A DNA stretch of 64,000 nucleotides from NCBI GenBank assembly GCA_000002445.1, contig AE017150.2, positions 1,129,949 to 1,193,948 of the forward strand, read 5' to 3'. The notes under the pieces were generated by a model, which saw nothing but the letters and a program-made list of their open reading frames with translations, was not told where the DNA came from and searched no databases. Within the stretch, counting starts at the first letter, position 1. Each line of letters opens with the position of its first letter. The DNA is from Trypanosoma brucei (lineage: Eukaryota). Position numbers and translations under genes: made by a program. This document shows positions 50,934-62,802 of this stretch, in pieces.

Positions 50934-52508
50934 TCATAGCGAATTTGAATATAGGAGAAAACTGGAATCAAGGCCCATTTCTTTATCCTTATCTTCGTCA
51001 TTATCTTTTCCCTTTCTGAAACCACAAACGGGGGTTTGGCCTGCTGTGTTTTCTGCTTCGCATTTGGTTTTGTCAGTGCCATGTTTTGTACACCTATCTG
51101 AGGCAGTAGTCCCTTCTGCTCCTTTTCCTGTTGCTTCTTTTTCTGCTGCTTGCTTGCCTTCCTCGCTCAATGTGCACCTTTTATTTGGTGATTTCGGTTC
51201 TCCGTTCCATGCGCATTTTGGGTTGGCTGAACAATCTGTTTCTTTGCCTATCTTATTGCATTTTTCTTCCGCTTCCTGGTGTTGAAGATTCGGGGGTGTC
51301 TCTTGGCTGGGGGTCTGTGTTTGTCTGTCGGCTCTGGTGGTCGCTAGTACTTTGGCTTCCGCTGCTGCTTGCCAGGCTTCTGCTTTTTTCACTTTAAGCG
51401 CTTCCGCTAGCTGCTGCCAGTCTCTGACTGCCGTGTCGTGTCTTTTCATATCTTCCGCCGCTTCTTTGACTAGTTTGGCCCATTTTATTGTGTTGAACGT
51501 ATCTTGTCCGTTGCTTATATATCCCTCGTATTTTACGCATATCCAGCTGTTGCTTTGTCCCGTGCAGCCAGGCGTGCCGGAGCTTATGGCTCCGAGGTAG
51601 CCGTCACTGCCCTTCACTGCTATGTGTTGTTTTAGGGCTAATAGAGCTGTTCTTAGGGAGGCGGCCGTAGTTTGCGTCGCCTTGATGCCGCCGCATTGTT
51701 GCCTGAGTTGTGTAAGATGTGCCCCTATCGTGCTGGCTGACACGCCGGACCAGTCCCGCGTGGTTTCTAGGCCGAAGACGCAGGCTTCCTTCAGCTCTCT
51801 GCTGGCTCCCGTGCAAATGCACAGAAGGGCACCTTAAAGCGTCTCCGAGCCTTTTGCTGGGCCGCCTGCTGCACAGCCTGCTGCTCGGATCATGTCGCCG
51901 CTTGCCCCGCCGTCGTCGCTGTACTTTGTTCGGGTTGTTTTGTCGCCTGCTAGAGCTGTTTGAAGCTTGTCCTGTATCTCCTGCTTTGTAACGCTTTGTG
52001 CTTGCTGTTTTGCTTCTTTTATTCGGTCTGCGATCTGGTCGATTATGTTAAGGATGGCGTGAATTCTTGCCTGAGCGATTGCTGCCGCGTCGTCTTGTAA
52101 TGAGTTGAGTCCAGCGTCGGCTATTTGTTGCTGTGCTTTGTTGTCTTTTTGTAGGTCGTATGCGGCAGATGCCCACGCCTCCCATCTATCGCTCCAGTCT
52201 GCGGGTGTGCCTGAGTCGGCGGCTTTTTGTTCGGCTAATGTCTTCTCGGTCCCATCGCCTTTCAGGAATTTGGCTCGCCACTCTGCCGGCGCCAACGACA
52301 TGTTCATGAGTTGCAAGTCGGCTTCATCCTGTCTGGTGTCTGGCTCTGGAGTTAGCAACACGGGATCGCCGCTGGCCGCAGAAATTAGCGAACACAATGC
52401 TGCGTGCGCTGCTCTGTTTGTTCCTGCGGCTACGTTGGCTCCTAGAGTGTGCGAAATCGCTGAAATAACCACCGTCACAGTTACTGTAACTATCGAAGCT
52501 GACATCAT
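50934..52508 (-). pseudogene. VSG pseudogene. The N-domain ORF (51834-52508) and the C-portion ORF (50934-51743) are separated by a frameshift and stop, and the GPI signal is truncated.
   Basis: The 224-aa piece has the surface-glycoprotein motif LMNMSLAPAEWRAKFLKGDG and helical A/Q-rich sequence. The 269-aa piece has the C-domain ...CEAENTAGQTPVCGFRKGKDNDEDKDKEMGLDSSFLLYSNSL followed by a stop. A canonical tail would be ...DSSFLLNKKFALSVVSAAF. Confidence 0.8.
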
Positions 52509-54234
52509 CTTTGCCTAAATAGAGCTGTGACTTTTACTTATTCAGAAAAGCGTTAGAGTAGTCGATATTTTTTCTGGCTTTTTCTGCCGGTTTTTCTGTT
52601 TTTTGTAAGTTACAGGATCTCTACCAACTTTTCCACAGCCGCTACAGCCATTGTAGATTTTGCCGTGACGGCCGGCCGCCATTCCCAGGCTTTCATCTAC
52701 TTGGTCTCCGACTTCCGTAGTAAAAAACGCCTGGATTACAGGTTTTACAACTTCTTATCTTCGGCCAAATCGGTCTCATTAAACGCATTACCACAAATCC
52801 CTCCAATGAAAACCCCATTTTCCACAATCTGCCGCATAAGTTTGAACTATGCCAAACCTAGCTTAATATATTCTTTTCAATTCTGCATACCAAATGAGAT
52901 TTCTCACATTCAACTAAGCTTTTTATTTCCATGCAATTGGCTTCCAAAAAAAAAATGAATGAATGGGGCCTCTTCGACTTCTCCACTATGCGGAATAGTA
53001 AAAAATCTCTCCTCATAATCCAATCCAATCATGCCTCTCTTCAAAACAAATCTCTGTCCAACAGCTTCTTCTTCAATTGCGGTACAAATAAGTAAGGGAT
53101 TGTAATTACTCTGCTCAGACCACCACCCATCGCTCTTTTTAAGTATTTCATTAAACGCTTTCTAAAACTTTCTGAATTTCCACACTAGCTATTATACCAC
53201 AACTGTTCAAGTAGGGTTTTTTAGTTATCCACCATTTTAGCAAATGAGTTAGGTTGAGTTTTTCCTTTCCTGAGTAAAGAGGATTTAAAAACCAATAACA
53301 TCTTTCCACATGCTCCTTGTAATCTGAGTTCATGAGCAAATCCAACTGAAGTGCGTAACATTTTGATGTTGTTATGAATAAAATATACCACAGCATTCTC
53401 ATACTTCTTACCTGTTCAGTAAAAATAACATCAGATCAATTCACAGTTATTACAATATCCTCATCATTTGCATTCTTCCTCTCAAAAAATATCCATAACC
53501 TATATAGGCCTTTTAACATGGATATACAAACATCCCATTGCAATTGTAATAATTTCAACATGACTTAGTTTTGGCACTAAATATTAGTCTACACCATTCT
53601 TGTGTTGCATGAGTTTAAACTACAACCATAAACACTCTGGGTTTTTTCGAAAGCTTTCAATTGAAGAGGTAGCAGAAGAACTAGTGGCGTCAACAGTGCA
53701 AAAACTTCCTTCATCATCCTTTTGAAGTTGCATAAAGATGGTTGGAGAAGATGTAACTATTTCGGGGGCGTAGTTTCAACATTGGTTTTGTCTTAATGCA
53801 GATATCAGTAGTTGATGGTTTATGTGTTTTTATAAAACTTTATCTCTTATCTGAACTTAAGAAGGGACACTTTAGCACTTAAATTCTACACACCGTTCGT
53901 CACTTTTTGTACGACTTTTGAATCCGAGGCTTCACCATAGAATCATATTTGTGGCTGTTTTAAAGGTTTATATAGTCTGATTCGCTTATATGATGGGAAA
54001 CGATAGTTTTTCAGTCGTCAAATTAGTTTCGTAAGAAGAGCTCCTGTTCGCATGCATCACATAACGGCATTTTTTCATATCCACAGTTAATAACCCCCAA
54101 ATTTCAATTTATTCCTTATAACTTCTACGACCATTGTGTCTTCATTAAATGCTATAAAATCGATATATGCTTCAAAGTGTCTGAATTTTATTGGTGACTT
54201 TACGACTTTTTCAAAGGTTTATAATCGACAACTT

Positions 54235-54933
54235 CTATAACCAGATCCGTGATAGTGTGGATGCATAACCTATGGTATGCCATGTAATTTCATCACTAAA
54301 TTCTTTAGGATATCCAATTTCCCTTCCCATATTTAATTTCTCTCTTGGAAGCACCTCCAGATATTGCAAATACAATGGAACTCTCATAAATATATCATCA
54401 TCTGCTTTCATTATATAGGAATTAAATGATTTGAATATCTCCACCGCAAATTTGAACCACAGATATGTTTTTCTACTCATAGTGAGTTCCGCCTCCCAAC
54501 CCCAACGACACGCATCGCCAACTCTATTTGTTGTTGGATTCACATCACAAACAGGTAAAATAATAACATCCTGAATTACATAACCCTCTTCTCCAATAAC
54601 CTCTCTGATGTCGAAATTGCTATTTGTATGAGGTGAAAGAGCATATAATATAAGCAACTTTACAGTAAAATTATTTGCCTTTTTTGGCACTTCAGGATAA
54701 CTCCAACATGTTTCTCTCTACAAATTCCTTCTTCTGAATCTTTCATTATTATATATTGAGGGAGTGCCAGCTACAACCAGATAATCTTCCGTTTTCCGAA
54801 TCCTCCTAACATCCTGCGGAACAAATTTCACATACTCATCTTCAACAATTCCAAGTGAAATGGATTCGTCGTCACCAAACAAGCTGTAGAGTGACACATT
54901 CAAACTTATTCCAATAACGATAAAAGAAAACAA
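54235..54933 (-). pseudogene. UDP-Gal/UDP-GlcNAc-dependent glycosyltransferase (T. brucei GT67-like) pseudogene fragments. A possible further C-terminal fragment lies at 53151-53402.
   Basis: The 151-aa ORF contains ...NSYIMKADDDIFMRVPLYLQYL, a DxD-type motif. Its context resembles the trypanosome beta-1,3-GlcNAc/Gal-transferase family that is abundant as subtelomeric pseudogenes. A 71-aa upstream fragment is in another frame. The whole is far shorter than the ~380-450 aa family length. Confidence 0.55.
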
Positions 54934-55799
54934 CCTACTTTTTCATAGATACACCTTATACACTTTTTAAGATACTATTTTCATACTAATTAAATATTTT
55001 AATACCTTATAAAATCATAGAAAACATTAAGGAAAGAATTCAGTTGTCACACTACGGTTTTTAGTTAGTGTTGCTGTGCTTACATATGTAAACAGTTCCT
55101 CGATATTTTTATGATGCTGTTTTTGAAGGGTGTCTGTCCAGTGTCTGCAACTTATATTCGGGCGTATACCTGTAGTTTCTGCTAAAGAAGTTCTCTTCAG
55201 TGACATATGCTGCCGTACACTATGTGATTACCATTTTACTCACATTATTCAATTTGCATTGTGTAAATTTATGTTCTGCTAGCAGGCTCTTGGTGCGCCA
55301 ACACATTTAGAAATTCTAGTAACTTAACTATTTTCCTGTGATAAGTAGTCCACCCATCTGAATCATTATGATACTATCATCACCATACTTTTATGAATTA
55401 CTGCTACTCTTGTTTCTATCACTATCTATGCAATAGAATCTAGTATTATTTGAGTAAAATATGGAGCACGATTTCTGTTGATGCACTATATTCGTCTGAC
55501 ACGCGCTCCTGCGCCTCCCATTACTTTATTCTCTGCTTTATCTCCTTGTTTTTTCTCTGCTGCTTCTACCTCAGCAATTGATGTAATAATTTGATATGGC
55601 CATACACTTCACTGTGTCTCTACATGATAATCCTCTCCATCCTTCGTATATGATAATTCCCATCATCATGTTTATATTTGAAACTATGCACGTTCCATTT
55701 CCTTTTTTCTCTGTAGGTTTGTCATTCTGAAGCTCTTTTCACAACATTCATTCTTCTCTCCAGTTGCCATGACCCCTTTGCCATTGTATTAGCTAATTC

Positions 55800-55920
55800 T
55801 TTTTTGACAGAGCATTTACTCTTCACTATCACCCTTACCATAATATTAGTATAAACTCACCCACAACATTCTCCTCTCCCATTATTATCATTATTATCAT
55901 TAATATCAGACACCTAAATA
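55800..55920 (-). repeat. 70-bp-type repeat. It lies ~900 bp upstream of the GT pseudogene and 200 bp 3' of the VSG at 56110.
   Basis: The reverse complement reads gatattaatgataataatgataataatgggagaggagaatgttgtgggtgagtttatactaatattatgg. Confidence 0.65.
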
Positions 55921-56109
55921 ATATGCATTAAACATATAAATTAAACACAAAAAATTAAATTTTATCACTTTATCACTATGTTAATTTACAACCATAGACC
56001 ACTATCATATCAAAATTTTTAAATTTCAAAAAAGTTTTGCAATTTTAAACAATTCGCACATTTCATAATAAAGTGTTGAAGTATAAAAAACATTAGTAGG
56101 TTTTAAAAC

Positions 56110-57573
56110 TTACCTCAAAAAAAAGGTTTGACACAGTTTTTGTCCCATATGCAAAAATGCAAGCAAAAGAGGGGCCTTGTTAATGACAAATGAATTGCCT
56201 CCTGTGGTGTTTGTGTTTGTTTTTCCATCATTTTCCACTTTCACTCCCTCTTCTTCATTTTTAGGTTTGCAAGTTCCTTTGTCTTCAGTTCCTTCCCATT
56301 CGCAGTTACTATTGCAATTCTTTTTCTCCTTACCTTTACATGCCGATGCTGTTTCAATTTGTGCCTTGCATTCAGATGTACTAGCACTGCTCCTCTCGTT
56401 TTGTTTTATCGCAGCTGAGGCCTCTATGAATGCTTCGATCTGCTGCAAATCATTCAGTGTTGTGATACTGTCTAGTTTGGTGTCTGAAGGTCTGCCAGAG
56501 TTGGACTTTGTTAGGGGTGTCGCTTTCACTCCTTTCCATATCGTTTCCTCATACGTGGTTGGGTCCTTGCCATAGCTGCTTTCAACTATGTTTTTAATAT
56601 TGTTCCGTTCTGCTTGCGGTATCTCCGTCGCTGTGTCGTCTCCTTTGGCAATTTTGTAGACTCGTAGGATGAAGTTATTGTTGTCTAGTTTGTTATACGG
56701 TTCGCAGCTGTCAGTTGTTGTAGCGTATGTTGTTAGCGCATCTGAAAGTTCGGTGTCGAGTTGGGCTGCTTGATGCGCGATTTTGTCCGAATGGAACACC
56801 CATTCCTTTGTTGTCGCGCTTGGTTTCACCTTTCCTGTCTGCTGCTTTGCGGCTGGGTCTGTTTTGTACAACGTGCCTGACGAAATCCCGGCTGTATTGC
56901 CGCTGCTGCTACTGCTGCATTGTCCGTTGGTTGTTTCGCATACCATTGCTTGAGTTGCGCCTTGGGTTGCTGCCGTGGTGTCAGGCTTGACCACTTTAAG
57001 ACTATGCTGCCAGTTGCTGAGCGCCTTATCTGCGCCTGCTGGTGCTTCGGCGTTTATGTAAGAGTGAATTGTGCATTTGCCTGTGTTTATGCCGGTTTTT
57101 GCTCCGTCCACAGCAATTCTCTTCCGTTGCGCTGAGTTTGTGCCCGTTGTGAAGGCGTTTGTGTCTGTTTTTTTCTTTAGAGTAGCTAGTTTCGTTAGTG
57201 CCGCAGAGGTCCCCGCCATATGAGCCAGTGCCGCCGCCTTAGAAGCGAGACCGATCAGCGTTTGTAATGCTCGGTCATCATCACCTCGCTTGCAGCTTAG
57301 GTGTAGGTCGGATAGTGCTTGAAGAAAGGCAGCTTTTTTGCGGTCAGTGGTTAGTAATGCGGCTATTTTTAGCTTCTTTGATTTTTTGACGTTAACATCG
57401 GGCAGTGAAGCCGCTGTCTTGAGTTTCTTGACGAGCTCTCCGATGTAGACGTTGTTGTGGTCTTGGATGGAGCAGTTGGGGTTTGTTTCAGCTGCCGTCA
57501 TGGTTAAGAGTGGCAAGGATATAAGAAAAGCTTTGTCCATTGTTGAAAACCTGTATTCTTCGTAAGACTTCAC
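56110..57573 (-). CDS. VSG, 487-aa ORF. The probable start is Met-12 (MDKAFLISLPLLTMTAAE is the signal peptide). The GPI signal is disrupted.
   Basis: It has a typical N-domain and C-domain (CKAQIETASACKGKEKKNCNSNCEWEGTEDKGTCKPK). The C-terminus reads ...GGNSFVINKAPLLLAFLHMGQKLCQTFFLR where the canonical tail is ...SFVINKAPLLLAFLLF. A degenerate 16-mer (gtgttgaagtataaaa, 56073-56088) lies 3' of the stop. Confidence 0.8.
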   Translation of the reverse strand: MKSYEEYRFSTMDKAFLISLPLLTMTAAETNPNCSIQDHNNVYIGELVKKLKTAASLPDVNVKKSKKLKIAALLTTDRKKAAFLQALSDLHLSCKRGDDDRALQTLIGLASKAAALAHMAGTSAALTKLATLKKKTDTNAFTTGTNSAQRKRIAVDGAKTGINTGKCTIHSYINAEAPAGADKALSNWQHSLKVVKPDTTAATQGATQAMVCETTNGQCSSSSSGNTAGISSGTLYKTDPAAKQQTGKVKPSATTKEWVFHSDKIAHQAAQLDTELSDALTTYATTTDSCEPYNKLDNNNFILRVYKIAKGDDTATEIPQAERNNIKNIVESSYGKDPTTYEETIWKGVKATPLTKSNSGRPSDTKLDSITTLNDLQQIEAFIEASAAIKQNERSSASTSECKAQIETASACKGKEKKNCNSNCEWEGTEDKGTCKPKNEEEGVKVENDGKTNTNTTGGNSFVINKAPLLLAFLHMGQKLCQTFFLR

Positions 57574-58829
57574 ACTGATTTGTTTTTTAGTCCCAAGCCG
57601 CTGCCGTTGGAGTGGCTAGTAGTTGCCGAATGTCCTGCGTTATTTAGATATTGTTGGGATTCCTGTTCAAGTTTGTTGTCGAGGTTACGTGGAAAAAAGG
57701 GAATTGATAGGAATATACGATGTTTTTCACCAGTTGTTACAGAATAAACGTTTCAAAACACTGCTCATTGCCAGTCTTCTTGGATTAGGTAGAAAAGCAT
57801 TCATTTTAGCCAAAGAAACTCCATTTTTCAAACCTAAGCTATAGAAGTCTATATCTAAAACATTTATATTCATGGTTGTCGTATGCTTCTATTTCGGTTT
57901 AATACCAGCTTGCTGGTGAGTTTTCAATGTCGATATAACTCTGATACGTCTGCTGTACGCATCATCGTGAGTATTTTGCACATCTCTCCTGGCTTTATTA
58001 CTACTCTCTTTCGTCTCATATTCGTTAATTGCGGTCTTATCTGCGCCCTCTTTCTTTAAAATTTCCTGACACACTCCATCACAGCCGAATCAGAGTGTAT
58101 TATTATTTGACTTAGCCGTTCCTTGAAGGAAATTAATGTCTGGTCAGCACACCAATATGGAAATTGGGGAGTATTACTACAAACTCTTTGGACATCCAAG
58201 AAAACCCCTCTAATTGTTCATGTATGCTCCATTTTAAGAAATTTACATGGTTCTATTTCTTCTATTCCTGTCTAAAGTAATCCATTGGTAGTACTTGTTT
58301 TGAAATACTATAAATAATATTATATTGTTTTCCATATATGTTGGACATTATTAGTATATCTGATTAGAAATAGACTTCGACATAATTTCATGTTTATCCA
58401 ATCTCTCAGTTTTTCTCTATGTTTTCACCGCAGAAGACGAGAAGACACCATTATGTTGGAATAAGAAAATGCCACAATTCCGTCTGTTTAAGGTACCTAT
58501 TTATGTGTAAATTTTGAAGTAAAATCCTCAAACGTATCATTTTATTCTGTACTATTACGCACCAGTTGTTTTACCCTGTACTTTGTTTCTCTCTTTTTCA
58601 TCCTTTGTAGCTGCTTCTACGTATTCGTTATTATCTCCATTTTCACTTTTCTCTAGATTTGGCCAGTTAGTCATTGTCCTATACATTATATCCTAGTGTA
58701 TGATGACGTCTATCGTCATTTTTGTGTTTCAATATAAGCATATTCCTTCTTTATTTTTCTCCTTTTGCGTTTCATTTAAAAATATTTCTCCTGATCTCTG
58801 TCTCTCTAACTCATTTTCCTACCCACCCA

Positions 58830-58980
58830 CTCACTCTCATTAAACCATTTCCATTATTTAAGTGCTTCTATTACATCAGTCTCTTCAGGTTTAACCACCA
58901 CTTCTATCACGATATTAGTGTACGCATATTCACAACACACTACTATAAATATTATTAATGTTATTGCTATTATATCCCTA
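58830..58980 (-). repeat. 70-bp-type repeat, 1.3 kb upstream of the VSG at 56110-57573.
   Basis: The reverse complement reads ataatagcaataacattaataatatttatagtagtgtgttgtgaatatgcgtacactaatatcgtgatagaagtggtgg. It has the GTGTTGTGA and ACTAATAT modules and triplet runs. Confidence 0.6.
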
Positions 58981-59172
58981 ACGAATATTCATAGAATAAA
59001 CAAAATAAATAAAAGTAGAATAGCACTCATTTTTCAATACCTTTTTACCCTACCACTTTACATCCATAGACCATAGTGATGCACTTTTTTTAATTTAACA
59101 GTTTTATAATTATTATAACAAAGTGTTAAAACATTTCAGATTTTCTTTAAATAGCACATTTCAGAAATGTCT

Positions 59173-60735
59173 CTAAAAATCATTAAAATAGCAAACTAAT
59201 AAAGGAAGCAGAAATCGTATATATTTTCTTATTGACGAGACAACTAGAGTCCTTGCATGCCTTGTTCTCCCATTTGCAGTTGCAAGTGCAATCTTTCTTT
59301 TGCTTATCTTTTCATTCTGAAGCAGTTTGAGTTCCGTCAATTTCATCTCCTTGAGTTGCTTCTTTGCTACATTTGTTTCATTTACTTTGCAGTATTCTCT
59401 ATTTTCGTCATTTTTGCCTTTCCATTCACAGAGCGGTTGGTTTTCTCTGCATTGCACTGCTTTCGTTATTCCTTTGCATTCTTTTTGTTTCTCTTCGGTG
59501 TTTTTTGTCTGAGCTTGGGAAGAGGTTGTAGCTTCTGTCTTCACCGCTGAGGTCAAATCCTGTAATGCTAGTGTTTCGTTGGATATCAGCCATGCTGCTT
59601 CAACTTCGCTTTTAATGGCTTCCAATGTCGAGTGGGCTCTTTTGCTACCATCCTCGCGTTGTTCAAGGGCATCCGCTACGTGCAGCATGTTCGCGATGTA
59701 TGTTAGTTCGCCAAATTTGTCGCTGTCCGTTTTGATCTTGGTATTGTACTTAACACAGAAGCCGTTCCCAACAGTTGCTGTGCACCCTGTTGTTACGTAA
59801 GCTCCAAGGTAACCTACGCCTCCGATCATTTTTATAGAGCTGTGGATTCTGTTTACTGCACTTCGGATCGCTCCTGCTGTTACCCTTTTGTTTTTGCCGC
59901 TTGCGCAAAGTGCCCTGATTGCTGTGAATGCCGTTTGAAGATTCCGCGCCGCTGTGTCCCACCCTTCGCTTATCGTGAGGTCTTTTCTGCACGCTTTTGT
60001 TGCTGTGGCTTGGCTCTCATCAAAGCATAGGCATTGCATCGCGTATGCTAGAGATTGCTTGCCTTCTACTGTGCCATCCGTGTCGCACTGAGTGACGACG
60101 CCGTTTCCCGCCGCCACCGGGCCGCTGGTCGCGAACGTCCCCTGACCGTTTTCTACGCCGTAGGCGGCTTCGTTCACCTTTTTCTTCAGTTCGGTATTTG
60201 ACATCGTTTTTAGAGCGTTTTTAGTGGTTGCTATAGCCTTTTGGTGCTTCTGGGCCCTGGCTAGGATTTTCTCTATACGGACTTGTGCCACCTTCGCGGC
60301 TTGCTCGGTTAGTTTTGGGAAATGCGAGGATGCTATGGATTTCCCTGGTTCATTGGCGGGATTTGTGTCTATTGCGGCTGCCTGCCATTCGCGCCAGTTG
60401 TCCTTCCACTTTTCGTGTGGGTTTAATCCTGCTGCTTTTGCTTCGTCCCACGAACGCGGCTGGAAGGCACCTTTTGTGAACATGCCAGACCACGTCTTGG
60501 GTGCTAAAGACATGTTGATCGCCTGCAATTTTTTAATCTCTGTTGCTCCGTCTTCTAAGCTGACATCGTCCGGAAGTTTGCCTTCTGCTAGCTGAAAGAG
60601 GTCACAGACTGCTTCAAACGTCTGGGCGTTGTCTGCTGCCGCCACATTCCCGGTGGCTGGCCGCCCGAGTACTAAACCCATCAAAAGTATAATTGTCGCT
60701 TGGGCTTTTGTCTTGAGTGCAGTGCATGTATTCAT
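59173..60735 (-). CDS. VSG, 520-aa ORF with an atypical or frameshifted C-terminal tail.
   Basis: It has a signal peptide (AQATIILLMGLVLGRPATG), an N-domain with INMSLAPKTWSGMF, and a C-domain (CKGITKAVQCRENQPLCEWKGKNDENREYCKVNE). The tail (..KRKIALATANGRTRHARTLVVSSIRKYIRFLLPLLVCYFNDF) is not a canonical GPI signal. A 16-mer-like element (gtgttaaaacatttca, 59123-59138, 13 of 16 positions) lies 3' of the stop. Confidence 0.8.
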   Translation of the reverse strand: MNTCTALKTKAQATIILLMGLVLGRPATGNVAAADNAQTFEAVCDLFQLAEGKLPDDVSLEDGATEIKKLQAINMSLAPKTWSGMFTKGAFQPRSWDEAKAAGLNPHEKWKDNWREWQAAAIDTNPANEPGKSIASSHFPKLTEQAAKVAQVRIEKILARAQKHQKAIATTKNALKTMSNTELKKKVNEAAYGVENGQGTFATSGPVAAGNGVVTQCDTDGTVEGKQSLAYAMQCLCFDESQATATKACRKDLTISEGWDTAARNLQTAFTAIRALCASGKNKRVTAGAIRSAVNRIHSSIKMIGGVGYLGAYVTTGCTATVGNGFCVKYNTKIKTDSDKFGELTYIANMLHVADALEQREDGSKRAHSTLEAIKSEVEAAWLISNETLALQDLTSAVKTEATTSSQAQTKNTEEKQKECKGITKAVQCRENQPLCEWKGKNDENREYCKVNETNVAKKQLKEMKLTELKLLQNEKISKRKIALATANGRTRHARTLVVSSIRKYIRFLLPLLVCYFNDF

Positions 60736-61697
60736 GGTTATCTTCGTGGTTTCCAGTTGACCTAAGAGGCGTGTGGCACCAAGAAAAAGAGTCGGGTGAG
60801 TTATATGCTCAATTTCGTGACAACCAAAATAAAAAATTGTCGTTTATTGCAGGAAGTTCTTGTGCTTTGGTATCTAGTGGTGGATACCTGTCGGTGTCCA
60901 CGGTATGACACTTTGTGTGTTTATGAATAAAAGTGGTTAGTTACGTTTATGACAGTCGTCTTTTTTCTAGCTTTGTGCCTGTCTTTTTTCCAAAAAAAAC
61001 AAAAAAACATAGAAACACCGCTTTGTTGATGTTTTGTTATGTCACCACGGAGAGCAGACAGATATCATTAAACATGAGCTTTGTTGCGCATATACAAACA
61101 TATTCAACTCATGTAAATGTCGATTTCACGATAGAACGATACGGTTACCTTGACAAAATTTCAATGGAAACCTTGTTTTTGTACAAGTTTCCAATAAAGT
61201 TAAAAACTTTTTAATTCATATTCTCCTATATGTATTTCTTCTATTTTGACGTTTAAAACTCCAGATCATTTCTTCTTTAACCCCCACGTACTGCTATCCG
61301 GTAAATTCAAACAGTATTTTTCGATATTACTCTTATTTGGTTGTAATTCACTTTACAGACTGGAAATATTACCAGGTGGAATTGCTGCTTTTCACGGGTG
61401 CAGCTGCTTCCTTTTATTTGTCATGCATCCTGAATGCTTTTAGGTCGGTTGCAATTAACCCTCAGTAATTTTGTCCGACCTGTAATCTTTTCTTCGCCTT
61501 TAAATCCTTTGTTCGCTTCAGTAAAGTTTTTTCGTCTCTGGTCCTTATATTAATTGTTCATTCTTTGAACGCTGTTGATTTCTCACCCGCATAGAAGTAT
61601 GGAATATGTAGATTACTATTAGAAACTTCTTCCACCTTATATAAAGCTCTGATAAAGGTTTATATTTGTGCTACTATAAGCATTTTTCTAGAGTTTT

Positions 61698-61719
61698 TTC
61701 TCTCTCTCTCTCTCTCTCT
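61698..61719. repeat. (TC)11 dinucleotide microsatellite.
   Basis: A direct tctctctctctctctctctctc run. Confidence 0.9.
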
Positions 61720-62329
61720 GCTTTTCCTGTTCACAGTAATTCATTAGTAGTCCTTATTTTAAATTTCTTACAAATAATAACATATTGGCGCACAATAGTG
61801 CTAGAAATTATAACTAATTCTGATAAAGAAAAGAGTTTGACATTATTTCGTACTTACTCAATCCTTTCTAATATTTATGCTTTTTCTTCTTATTGCTTAC
61901 AGCTTGATATTAGAAGCCGAAAACAGATTTAAAAATACAGTCTCAACCATCATCTGCACAGAACCTTATATCCAGACCTTAGTGAAATGCTGAGTATCAT
62001 CAGCAACTTCTCCCGATTCGTCATTATATTATGCAAGGTTATGATGCGTACCCAGTTGTTTAATTCCATATTTTCTTTCTTTTTTTGACCATTTATTGTG
62101 CTTTTTAAAAATTCCATAGCAATTTCATATGCATTTTACACTGCATATGTCTCTCCCTTATTGTTTCTTCAGCATATACTCCTGTATGATGATGCCAATC
62201 TTATGTTTCTTGAAACTGTGCGTGTTCAATTTCCTTTTTTTTCTGTTCATATCTCATACACTCCTTCAAGCACAATAATTTAATTACATTGCACCATTGA
62301 CGTATATTTCAGAGCCTTAGTTCTCGTAG

Positions 62330-62530
<201 letters not shown>

Positions 62531-62690
62531 ATTATCTATAAAATAAACAAAGTAAAACAAAATTAGAATATTACTTACTTGTCATACTCTCTGATCATAC
62601 TGCTTTACATCATTTGGCAAACTAAAAAAATCCAGTTTGTAAAACATTTCGAATTTTCAAAGTTTGCACATTTCGCATATGTTTCACAAA

Positions 62691-62706
62691 ATGTTAAAAT
62701 ATATCA
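62691..62706 (-). promoter_or_regulatory. VSG 3'UTR 16-mer, matching 15 of 16 positions (TGATATATTTTAACAT on the - strand).
   Basis: The + strand reads atgttaaaatatatca, ~100 nt 3' of the stop of the VSG fragment at 62803. Confidence 0.7.
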
Positions 62707-62802
62707 AAATAGAAAATTTTCAAATGTTTACAAACTTTATAAAGTTGAAAAAGTCCTTATAGTGCTAGAATTATACCGAACTCACGAAAGAAGCAGCCAA
62801 AC

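Noticed and set aside
44104-52518. Numerous + strand ORFs (e.g. 45409-45918 at 169 aa, 48863-49177, 52105-52518) across the VSG region.
   Set aside because: They are antisense to - strand VSG coding sequence. They are Cys/Ala/Leu-rich because of GC-rich complementary codons and carry no family signatures.
52600-53150. A 70-bp repeat was expected upstream of the VSG pseudogene at 50934-52508.
   Set aside because: No TRR-triplet run or GTGTTGTGAGTGTG-type module was found between 52509 and 53150. The repeat is either absent or too degenerate to call.
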